The translations under genes were made by a program, and so were the position numbers. 64,000 nt of DNA from a virus, in the IMG/VR virus record IMGVR_UViG_3300042691_013609, positions 32,001 through 96,000 of that record; one strand, 5' to 3'. The notes below the pieces were generated by a model. That model did not search any database. It saw nothing but the letters and a program-made list of their open reading frames with translations, and was not told where the DNA came from. How positions within the stretch are numbered: the first letter of the stretch is position 1; each line of letters opens with the position of its first letter. Positions 30,198-38,105 of the stretch are shown piece by piece.

Positions 30198-30547
30198 TTG
30201 TTTGATGTTTTAGATTTAAGAATAATTGCTACAATAATTAAGATTAAAAGATAGATGTTCATGGCGTGTCTTGTATTACGATTGCGTTTGATTTAATCAT
30301 GCCCCACACTTTAGATACTGCTGAGTTCCAATTGGTTCTCAGTTTAGATGCAAGTTCTCTTACCTTGCCGAGATAGTTACGAAACCAAATGATTACCTTC
30401 CACGCCCAAAGCAGATGGAAGATAGACACCATGTCGTTTCCAAACTTATCCTTCTTTCCGTACAATGATATGGTTTCCTTTGCGTAATGCACATCCACCA
30501 TGCTATAAAAGTTTTTCATGCTAATTGATTTTTAAATTATTGATTAT

Positions 30548-30588
30548 CAGTTCATTCTAAAATTGAGCAGTATAAATAAACTCAGGGT
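30548..30588. repeat. 41-nt exact repeat, copy 1
   Basis: CAGTTCATTCTAAAATTGAGCAGTATAAATAAACTCAGGGT is identical to 44621-44661. Confidence 0.95.
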
Positions 30589-30712
30589 GTTTATATATAG
30601 TATAATATGTATGCTATACAACATAGTGTATATAATAAAGCAATAGTAATAAAAGCACCCATCTGAATTAAAGATTTGTTTTCCATGTTGATTATATTTA
30701 ATGATTAATAAA

Positions 30713-30940
30713 TTAAAATTGCGCTAAGAACTGCTGCTTTGCAGGGATACGTACTCTTTTCTTTTGCGTTTTCCTACCCTTACACGCATTGAAAACCATT
30801 GTGCTGCTATCCCATACTCCATTCAACTCACGTTGTTTCTGTTTAACCAATAGGTTGAATGGTTTCCAATCACTCTCCCATGGTTGTGGGTAGTACCCTA
30901 ATTCGTAGACTGCCATCTCTTCTGCTAATGAAAGTTTCAT
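30713..30940 (-). CDS. Small hypothetical protein
   Basis: ORF preceded by a palindrome and a promoter. Confidence 0.6.
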   Translation of the reverse strand: MKLSLAEEMAVYELGYYPQPWESDWKPFNLLVKQKQRELNGVWDSSTMVFNACKGRKTQKKRVRIPAKQQFLAQF

Positions 30941-31001
30941 ATCTTGTTTTAGTTTGCGGCAGTTACCTCCGAGGTAACTACCCTTGTTATAAAATGATAT
31001 A

Positions 31002-31009
31002 CAAATATA
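31002..31009 (-). promoter_or_regulatory. TATATTTG -7 promoter element, early class
   Basis: TAnnTTTG plus an upstream block (plus-strand TTAATTAAAAAAGTTCCTA) shared with the 34521 promoter. Confidence 0.75.
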
Positions 31010-31075
31010 AGTGAATTAATTTAATTAAAAAAGTTCCTATTGATTTATTTTGTAGCCTGCCGGAATAATTTCAGA

Positions 31076-31345
31076 CTACCTATTCCAATTGATTTCACCA
31101 CACTTAATACAGACTATGTTATCTTCCTTTACCATTCTGTACCCAGACTTGCACCACAATGTAATGAGACCTTTTGATTCGGGGTTAAACTTCAACCCAC
31201 CGCCCTTCACATCTTTCCTTACCCCAGTTCTGAACACTCGTGTGACCTGCTCTCCTTTCGCACCACTCTTTGAGTCAGTGCTTCTTTCAAATGTCACCGA
31301 TACAAACCTTCCGTTTGTCTGTTTGATTACTTCTCTTGCTTTCAT
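31076..31345 (-). CDS. Small SH3/WYL-like fold phage protein
   Basis: FVSVTF..RTGV..LITLW..GYRM pattern; start set to ATG 31345. Confidence 0.55.
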   Translation of the reverse strand: MKAREVIKQTNGRFVSVTFERSTDSKSGAKGEQVTRVFRTGVRKDVKGGGLKFNPESKGLITLWCKSGYRMVKEDNIVCIKCGEINWNR

Positions 31346-31455
31346 ATGTTTAAAATTTGGTGGTTTATCTGCCATCTGCTGCACTTTATTGGCGCAGATG
31401 GACAGACACCCCACAGGTTAAATAATAATTCGTTACAACGTATCTAATGAGGTCA

Positions 31456-32130
31456 TTACAAATCGACCACAAATCCAGACTTGTCTTGCTTCGCCTTACC
31501 CTTGGCAACCAAGCCTATAATGACACCCGATTCGTCCAAGAATCTTGTATCTGATTCGTCACCATCGATTACTTTGTAACCCCAAAAGGTTTCCGGCAAT
31601 CTGTTTCTGAACACTACCGCCACGTTGACCCCATTGGATAACATCTCTTTACAGATGTCATCGTTGTCTTCGCTCCGACTGAACGTGACATGGTAGTTAG
31701 GTACGTTCTTCGATGACCTTGCGAAGTTAGGATTCTTTGTGTAGTCATACCACACTATAGATGGGAACTTCCCATTCATCTTCTTTATGTACGGCATCCA
31801 GTTCAGATCGGACGTACCATTCAATCTGATGGCAAGTTTCTGATGCTTTCTTGAATGCTTTTCTATCTCAGATGTGAGGTTCACCATGAACCCTACCCTA
31901 TCCTTCACATAGTGTAGTGTTCGGTTGACCCTTGTCTGCTGAACGTTTGTAAACTTACCACGACCTGCCGTGTTAAGACACGCAGCCTTGCATCCTGCCG
32001 ATGCATTAGGGCATACGTTGTACCCGCTTTCGTCAGCGGGTGCAAGGTACATGATGAAGTTTTCGTAGTCAGAATACTTGTCTGACTTGTCTATCTTTGC
32101 TGACTTGCCTAATAAATATCCGTATTTCAT
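31456..32130 (-). CDS. Gp88-like phage protein with Cys cluster (radical-SAM-like)
   Basis: CP.AS.GC..ACL, IRLNGTSD, YDYTK, YH.TFS.SE, DGD..D.RFLD, GL.AKG. Confidence 0.75.
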   Translation of the reverse strand: MKYGYLLGKSAKIDKSDKYSDYENFIMYLAPADESGYNVCPNASAGCKAACLNTAGRGKFTNVQQTRVNRTLHYVKDRVGFMVNLTSEIEKHSRKHQKLAIRLNGTSDLNWMPYIKKMNGKFPSIVWYDYTKNPNFARSSKNVPNYHVTFSRSEDNDDICKEMLSNGVNVAVVFRNRLPETFWGYKVIDGDESDTRFLDESGVIIGLVAKGKAKQDKSGFVVDL

Positions 32131-32138
32131 GGCAAATA

Positions 32139-32471
32139 TTATTTTGTAGGGTAAGCAAATGCGGTTCTTTCATTCTTCCAAAAGACTACAATGCCGTCTT
32201 GTTGTTCGACCCTCTGTACAATCTTTTGTGTTGCTCCATCAACCCAAACGTTGCTACCTTCTATTCGGTAAAACTCTTGGATAGATGTTTGTGATACACG
32301 GAATGCAACTACATCTGCACACACTTGAGTGTAGATGCATTCTTTCTTTGTTACTTTGCCGTCCTTCGATTCACTCTGCTTGAATGAATGTCTTTGAATG
32401 GTATTGCAGTCTGACTGCGCTGACAATGTGGTTACCGCGAATAAGAATGCGGTGATAAGAATGTTTCTCAT
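32139..32471 (-). CDS. Secreted hypothetical protein
   Basis: Signal peptide MRNILITAFLFAVTTLSA-Q, with the +1 Gln typical of Bacteroidota. Confidence 0.65.
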   Translation of the reverse strand: MRNILITAFLFAVTTLSAQSDCNTIQRHSFKQSESKDGKVTKKECIYTQVCADVVAFRVSQTSIQEFYRIEGSNVWVDGATQKIVQRVEQQDGIVVFWKNERTAFAYPTK

Positions 32472-32562
32472 AAGATAATATTTGATAAGGTTTAAAAATT
32501 GTTTTGAGTAGTTACCTCCGAGGTAACTGCGACATCTCTTTCTGATGTTGCCGTTAACACTA

Positions 32563-32570
32563 CAAAGATA
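32563..32570 (-). promoter_or_regulatory. TATCTTTG -7 promoter element, early class
   Basis: TAnnTTTG; leader sequence similar to 34494-34530. Confidence 0.75.
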
Positions 32571-32632
32571 AGCAATATTTTTTTAACTAAAAAATTCTTG
32601 GCTAATTATTTTCGGTTCTGATGGGAATAATT

Positions 32633-33171
32633 TTAGATACCATTTCTGTAGCAGAAATTGTCGTAGTACGCATCCTCTTCCGCACTGATATACGATCTGG
32701 TATCTGATGCTTCTTTTTCTTCTCTATATTTTTTGGATGCCGAGCAGTATGCCTTCTTAGTATGGAAGCAATACCAAATGTCGTGACCTTTCATGATGAA
32801 TGTGTCTGTCTCTGCGCACAGAGAACCTATCTTTGACTTCATAAATTTACCACTCATGGTTTATTGTTTTTTAGGTTAGATAAAAAAGGCAGTTACCTCC
32901 GAGGTAACTGCCCTATAAGAATTTAGATTGCAAACATGAACACCCCAGGACTTACCTCGATTCTTTCCACTCTCATTCTTTTATTCTGTGCAACGACATC
33001 TAATGTGGCGTTGTACATTAGGGCTGCGTGTACTTCATCATCTGGGTATCTTCTCCCGATGAAGTACTTCAGACTATTCATAGCCCTCTCCTGCTCCTGC
33101 TCAGTCTTTGCATTCTCCAACCTGCCTTTCCAATACATAATCTTTTGCAGGTAACCGTCTTTTTGTCTCAT
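32633..33171 (-). other. Two small hypothetical CDSs (32633-32857, 32923-33171)
   Basis: ORF track; separated by a palindrome copy. Confidence 0.6.
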
Positions 33172-33365
33172 ACTAAAATAAATTTGAGGTTAAAAAATAA
33201 ATTACAATTCTACGTCCTTATCAAACGGACGCTTGGTCTCTCTCCAAATGTAGGGTAAGTAGCATATACCCGCCACCCAAGAAACGATTTTTAAAACTAA
33301 TACTACAGACATATCCATCGGTTTTGTGTAGTTACCTCCGAGGTAACTACGTTGTGAAAAAATAG

Positions 33366-33436
33366 TTGCCGTAGTTGGACTCGAACCAACACCCCACACC
33401 ATACCATGTGTGTGGGTAACCTATATGCTACGGCAA
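33366..33436 (-). ncRNA. D-arm-less tRNA-like RNA, copy A
   Basis: Acceptor-like TGCCGTA/TACGGCA, T-arm GTTGG-TTCGAGT-CCAAC, stem CCCACAC/GTGTGGG with loop ACATGGTATG. Confidence 0.75.
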
Positions 33437-33442
33437 ATTCTG

Positions 33443-33823
33443 TTATACGGAGGCGAGAGATAGAGCATCCTCCACAGCATCCTCATAGGTGTCAAATACA
33501 CCTAATACAGACACTACATTAGTGCCTTTTATAAGAAGAACACTATGCTTGTCACCTTCACCTGTCCACTGAACACATAAGAACTCATGCGCCTTCACGG
33601 CAGCACTTAATTCTTCAGCAGAAGTGATGCCTGTAAATTCCTCAATGGTCTTAGTCCAAAACTGAAGACCGCTCCACAAATCAGAGGGTTCTGCACCCTC
33701 TACATATTGCAGAAGAGGGTAGAATCCTTCACACCCATTGTTCTCAAGAAAGGATACTAAACCACAATGGTGGACATGAGATGTCATCTCAGACACTTTA
33801 CCATTTACTAAATACTTTGCCAT
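33443..33823 (-). CDS. Hypothetical protein flanked by the two tRNA-like RNAs
   Basis: Likely start ATG 33823 (MAKYLV); C-terminal GVFDTYEDA motif. Confidence 0.65.
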   Translation of the reverse strand: MAKYLVNGKVSEMTSHVHHCGLVSFLENNGCEGFYPLLQYVEGAEPSDLWSGLQFWTKTIEEFTGITSAEELSAAVKAHEFLCVQWTGEGDKHSVLLIKGTNVVSVLGVFDTYEDAVEDALSLASV

Positions 33824-33882
33824 AATAAATAAAATTTGTGCAATGCCTTTATTGTTTACAGACATTGCGGGTTAATTAATAG

Positions 33883-33953
33883 TTGCCACAATGGGACTCG
33901 AACCCATACCACAAGCCATACCATGTGCGTGTGTATCCAATATGCTGTGGCAA
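33883..33953 (-). ncRNA. D-arm-less tRNA-like RNA, copy B
   Basis: TGCCACA/TGTGGCA, T-arm ATGGG-TTCGAGT-CCCAT, identical loop ACATGGTATG; compensatory changes relative to copy A. Confidence 0.75.
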
Positions 33954-34031
33954 TACCATTGAGTAGTTACCTCAGAAGTAACTACTCAGAACAGATTTAA
34001 TGCCCGAGTAGTTACCTCCGAGGTAACTGGG

Positions 34032-34412
34032 TTAGTCAAGAACGTAGTGGATTGTACCGCTGTCGGTTGTATCGACAGCATTCATCTTAACTACAATCAT
34101 AGAGTCCCCACTTACATCCGGGACTCTGACTAATACCTTTCCATTCACGACCTCCACTTCCGTGTAGGTCATTATAGATTTTGCATTCCATTCAAAAAAT
34201 TCATTTGAATGTGCTGCGGAAATTGAGTCAAGGAAAGCAGACATTGCATCCATTGACTTAAAAGTTGAATCGATCCGACCTGTTTCTGTGCCAAGGGTAA
34301 GACCTTTGACATAGTAAATGTCAGACGTACCATAGACCGAAAGGTCATACGGCTTTGCAGCATACCAACCCACAAGGATTCCAAATGCTGCGCTGAATAA
34401 AGATTTAGACAT
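34032..34412 (-). CDS. Membrane-anchored hypothetical protein
   Basis: Likely start ATG 34412 (MSKSLFSAAFGILVGWY); the ORF-track extension runs through a palindrome. Confidence 0.6.
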   Translation of the reverse strand: MSKSLFSAAFGILVGWYAAKPYDLSVYGTSDIYYVKGLTLGTETGRIDSTFKSMDAMSAFLDSISAAHSNEFFEWNAKSIMTYTEVEVVNGKVLVRVPDVSGDSMIVVKMNAVDTTDSGTIHYVLD

Positions 34413-34520
34413 AAAAAATAAATTTAGAAACCAAGCGCAGAATCGAACTGCCGTAGTTACCTCCGAGGTAACTGCCAAACCATTCAAGGTTACCGACATC
34501 TCTCAATGCCGTTTGCACTA

Positions 34521-34528
34521 CAAAGATA
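34521..34528 (-). promoter_or_regulatory. TATCTTTG -7 promoter element, early class
   Basis: TAnnTTTG with conserved upstream block. Confidence 0.75.
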
Positions 34529-34599
34529 ATGCAAATAGTTTAATTAAAAAAGTTCCTACCCAACTATTTTCAGAAGGATAGAAACTTTTCCCCTCAGAA

Positions 34600-34863
34600 T
34601 CAGAACCCTTTCTTTCCTGCTCTCGCAGGTACTGGGGCAAGTAATCTCTCCCTTGTCAGTGGGGAGTGACCAACGGGAAGCCATGTGTTGACAGTATTAA
34701 TATACTTGTCAACAATCTCATCACCTCCATAGTGGAGGGATGAATTGTAGTTACCCTTTCTGTAATCAGAGACTAATTCAATAGCCCTCTTACCTCTGTA
34801 AAGGGCGGATGTCTGTACACCATCATTGTACCATGATGTGTACGCAAATTTAATATTACTCAT
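34600..34863 (-). CDS. Small hypothetical protein
   Basis: 87-aa ORF; inverted palindrome copy about 17 nt upstream. Confidence 0.6.
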   Translation of the reverse strand: MSNIKFAYTSWYNDGVQTSALYRGKRAIELVSDYRKGNYNSSLHYGGDEIVDKYINTVNTWLPVGHSPLTRERLLAPVPARAGKKGF

Positions 34864-35250
34864 TTTAAATATGGTTTGCGGTAGTTACCTCGGAGGTAAC
34901 TACCATGGTTAAAAAATCATTTTTTTGTAGTTACCTCCGAGGTAACTGCCAAGAGACATTTTCGTTCCTAAGTAGTTACCTCCGAGGTAACTACTTTTTT
35001 GTTTGGTGTAGTTACCTCCGAGGTAACTGGCGAAAATGGCGGGTAAAAAACTGAATAAAGACATTGGTTGCCATCATCAGCACTACATACCCCTATGTAG
35101 CGGACACAATACACCATAGTACCATGTTTCGGCTTCATGTATGCAGTTACCTCCAAGGTAACTACAAAAATGCATCGATTGCGATGCAATCAAAAACCCA
35201 TTTACCCCTACCTACACAAAGCAGATAGGGGTAAAGGGAGGGAGTGGTGC

Positions 35251-35877
35251 TTATTCAGCACCCTCCAATGAATCCCAACGCTGACGGGCAGCATTGACGA
35301 TTGTTTCCAAATCGGAAATATCCGCCTGCCCAATAAAGGCAAGCACCGCCTCCAAGGATGTGACATTTGTAGTTACCTCCGAGGTAACTGCCTCGTCAGT
35401 ACCCTCACCCTCAGACTCAGAGGCAGCCTTGCGACCGCCCGATTTCGTGTTTCCGGTCGCCTCATTCACCGCGCTCGCAAGCGCGTTAAGAGACCAAATG
35501 CCCTCCTCCATGTAGAGGGTTCTCGCCACATCGGGGTGCTTGCCGATTGTGGCATAAATGGTACATTGCTTGTACCCAAAGGCCCGAGGGCCAAATTTCT
35601 TGTCGCCCATCCAAGATTTGAATGAGGTGTAGTTGCCGAGATTGGCAAGGTTGCTCTCCACTACCGCGCGGAGGGCAAGTACTGCCTTTCCTACCGCGAT
35701 GTATCCGTCCACAATGGACGTGTGTTCGCGGTGGCAAGCAGCGGTTAATTCTCTTTCCGCGTCCGACACCATGGACGCGAGGGTGGCTTGTTCTGTTGTG
35801 GTCAACCAAATGCCCTTAACGTCTTCGATTACGACTTCAGGGACGATTACTGCGGTGGATACTGATTTCTTTGACAT
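35251..35877 (-). CDS. DUF3102-like putative DNA-binding protein, first gene of the early block
   Basis: YIAVGKAVLALR..SFKSWM..FGYKQCTIYATIG resembles the DUF3102 helical/HTH pattern; visibly GC-rich; contains the palindrome in frame (AVTSEVTT). Confidence 0.55.
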   Translation of the reverse strand: MSKKSVSTAVIVPEVVIEDVKGIWLTTTEQATLASMVSDAERELTAACHREHTSIVDGYIAVGKAVLALRAVVESNLANLGNYTSFKSWMGDKKFGPRAFGYKQCTIYATIGKHPDVARTLYMEEGIWSLNALASAVNEATGNTKSGGRKAASESEGEGTDEAVTSEVTTNVTSLEAVLAFIGQADISDLETIVNAARQRWDSLEGAE

Positions 35878-35944
35878 GACTAAAAAATTGATAGGTTACT
35901 GCCTTTGGTGGTGTTTCTCGTGTCCCTACTTTCAAAAGCATACG

Positions 35945-35952
35945 CAAATTTA
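35945..35952 (-). promoter_or_regulatory. TAAATTTG -7 promoter element for the first early gene
   Basis: TAnnTTTG about 70 nt upstream of ATG 35877, with an upstream T-tract as in other early promoters. Confidence 0.65.
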
Positions 35953-36049
35953 CATACTTATTCCGATATACCAAACTTTTTACCTAAAAAAATTCACTTT
36001 TTTTGAAATTTTTTTTTGGACCACTCAGTTACCTCCGAGGTAACTACAC

Positions 36050-36510
36050 ATATATAAAAAAACACAATATAACAAAGGGGTATCATATAATGATTATACA
36101 TATATGTGTGTGATGTTGTGAGAGACAACCTATAGTGCTATGTGACCATGATGTGTATCATATTATGTATATTCATATATGTTTGATGTGTATGGTATGG
36201 TATGGTATGGTATATACTTTATGGTTTCATATGTGTATACTATATGCCATGAAACCAAAAACCAAAAACTCCATGTAGGGGGTAGGTTGAAAACGCGCAC
36301 GTGGGGGTGGGGGGCACTAGGCTTGGGACCCCACCTCATATATGTATATGTCCAGAAATGTTGTGACTCTTATATATGTATATGTCCGAAATTGGGTAGT
36401 CGGTATTGTGTCTGTCTTATAGTCAAAGGCTTTATATGTAGCGAGGGTGGGGCGGGGGTATTTTTTATAGTGTAGTTTCTATGGTTATTTTGGTATAGGG
36501 GGTTATAGAA
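36050..36510. other. Non-coding skewed region, candidate genome terminus, packaging site or origin
   Basis: G/T-rich plus strand, (TATGG)4 at 36191, ATATATGTATATGTCC twice (36338, 36372), G-runs; sits at a module boundary. Confidence 0.45.
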
Positions 36511-36511
36511 T

Positions 36512-36556
36512 AAAAAAAAAGCCCCAATATACGTTTTATTGTATACCGGGGCTTTT
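36512..36556 (-). terminator. Intrinsic terminator ending the nucleotide-metabolism block
   Basis: A9-GCCCC..TATAC..GTATA..GGGGC-TTTT. Confidence 0.8.
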
Positions 36557-36924
36557 GTTAGTGTTTCCTTTTATTTGTTTATGTTACCTTTTGTAGGTAT
36601 GTCTTTACTATATAGAATATGGTAGTTAGTAGTATTGTGGTTAGTACCAGGTTTCTTTTATTGATTTTTAACCCGCCGCAGCAGGACTGCTCAACGTACT
36701 TGTCTAATACATAGACAGAGAAAAAGACAAATATTACTATAAATAATGTACTCATTGTTCATTTATTTTTTCCTTTTTATTCTGTTCTTTAGGGAGAGTA
36801 TAAGGAGGTTCAAAGAAAGCGTCGTACTCCGTAAAGGTATATTCAGTATACATACGTAAGAACCTAATCGTTTGTACCCTTTTCTTTTTTATGAACCTCT
36901 TTATAAAATTAAACATAAACTATC

Positions 36925-37575
36925 TTATTTATTGTACTCAAAGTCTAATATCTTTCCTACTACATCTGACCTGTGGTTCTCGTGTAGTTTTACCCATTTT
37001 ATTTCCGGGATTCTTTTAGATAACTCAATGGCATAGGATAAACCGTTGTACTCATCCTTGATATCCTTCTGCTCGTTGTCACCTATGATGATAATACGAC
37101 CACCCTTACCAAGCCTCGTTAACAAACCAAGCATTTGGTGCTTACTCGTGTTTTGTGATTCATCACATACAAGTATCTTACCTTGTTTAATTGTTTTACC
37201 ACGGGCAAACTGTATTGCGAAACCCTCAAACCTTCCCTCTTCCATTGTCTTATCAATCTTTGTTCGGTCATAACATTGGTACAGGTTGTCCTTAAAAGGA
37301 TCCAAGTAGGGGTCTAGTTTTTGGTCTAAGGTTCCTGGAAGGAAACCAAGGCTGTCGCCCATCTGTTGTGTCGGTCTTGTTACGTAGACTTTGTCAACAT
37401 CCTGCTTAAAGATTAAGTCTAAAGCTGTTTGAGCGGCAGTTAAGGTTTTACCACAACCCGCACGTCCTGTTATGATTACTATTTCATTATCCATTATAAG
37501 CCTCTTAGCCTCCTTCTGCTCATCGTTTAGGTTGACTAAGTACTTAATGTCGTTTTTTCTTTCTCTAGCACACAT
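36925..37575 (-). CDS. phoH: PhoH-like ATPase
   Basis: GRAGCGKT, TRP, GFLPG, RG.T, DESQN, LTRLG, GD..Q.D, HRS. Confidence 0.93.
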   Translation of the reverse strand: MCARERKNDIKYLVNLNDEQKEAKRLIMDNEIVIITGRAGCGKTLTAAQTALDLIFKQDVDKVYVTRPTQQMGDSLGFLPGTLDQKLDPYLDPFKDNLYQCYDRTKIDKTMEEGRFEGFAIQFARGKTIKQGKILVCDESQNTSKHQMLGLLTRLGKGGRIIIIGDNEQKDIKDEYNGLSYAIELSKRIPEIKWVKLHENHRSDVVGKILDFEYNK

Positions 37576-38105
37576 TAGTTAATCAATTTATATTTTTTAA
37601 TTACTTCTTCATCCGAAAAAAATTGCCTTTTTATTTTATTTAACTCGTCATACCATACGTAAACATCTTCTCCTTTTTTAATTTTAGCTATATCTGCTTT
37701 GGATAAACCAATTTGCATATATTGGGCGTATATATCTTCGTTCATAACTTCTAGTAATTCTTTAGCCTTAGAACCAAACACACCTTGCCTAATTGTTCCT
37801 ACAGTAATGTCCGGAGCATGGAACATAAACCCTCTAAAATACTTTTGCAAAAATATCGGACCCTCATAATCACAAAGTAGTAATGTACCGGCACTAGCAA
37901 CAAAATCATAAAGAGTTAATTTTAATGTATCTGTTTTACTTCTGTAATTAAGAAAATCAATTAATATATTCATTTCATTAATTACACCCCCGTCAGTAGA
38001 GAAATATAAATTAACAAATGGGTAGCTATTTATTTCATCAATTACACTAGCTACGTTTTCTGTGTTAATTGAACTATTAAAAATAACTGTGTGATCAAAG
38101 GTCAT
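37575..38105 (-). CDS. ClpP-like (S14) protease
   Basis: LYFSTDGG, VASAGTLL (catalytic Ser), FMFH. Confidence 0.7.
   Translation of the reverse strand: MTFDHTVIFNSSINTENVASVIDEINSYPFVNLYFSTDGGVINEMNILIDFLNYRSKTDTLKLTLYDFVASAGTLLLCDYEGPIFLQKYFRGFMFHAPDITVGTIRQGVFGSKAKELLEVMNEDIYAQYMQIGLSKADIAKIKKGEDVYVWYDELNKIKRQFFSDEEVIKKYKLIN

Larger units (their letters stand above)
29278..36047. repeat. Dispersed palindromic repeat family G(C/T)AGTTACCTCCGAGGTAACT(G/A)C, about 15 copies
   Basis: Copies at about 29278, 30959, 32508, 32888, 33328, 33961 (variant), 34008, 34453, 34880 (inverted), 34927, 34971, 35008, 35143 (variant), 35369 and 36026. Confidence 0.97.

Noticed and set aside
33202-33402. 66-aa ORF
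   Set aside because: It overlaps tRNA-like element A and a palindrome; likely spurious.
34880-35165. CRISPR array
   Set aside because: Spacers are irregular (about 12-113 nt) and low-complexity, one repeat is inverted, identical repeats are dispersed and intragenic, and no cas genes are seen.
34968-35189. 73-aa ORF with VTSEVTT repeats, and the N-terminal extension of 34032-34499
   Set aside because: These are translations of the DNA palindrome rather than credible protein sequence.
36179-36475. Plus-strand 98-aa ORF
   Set aside because: It arises from low-complexity repeats and is isolated against the local gene orientation.
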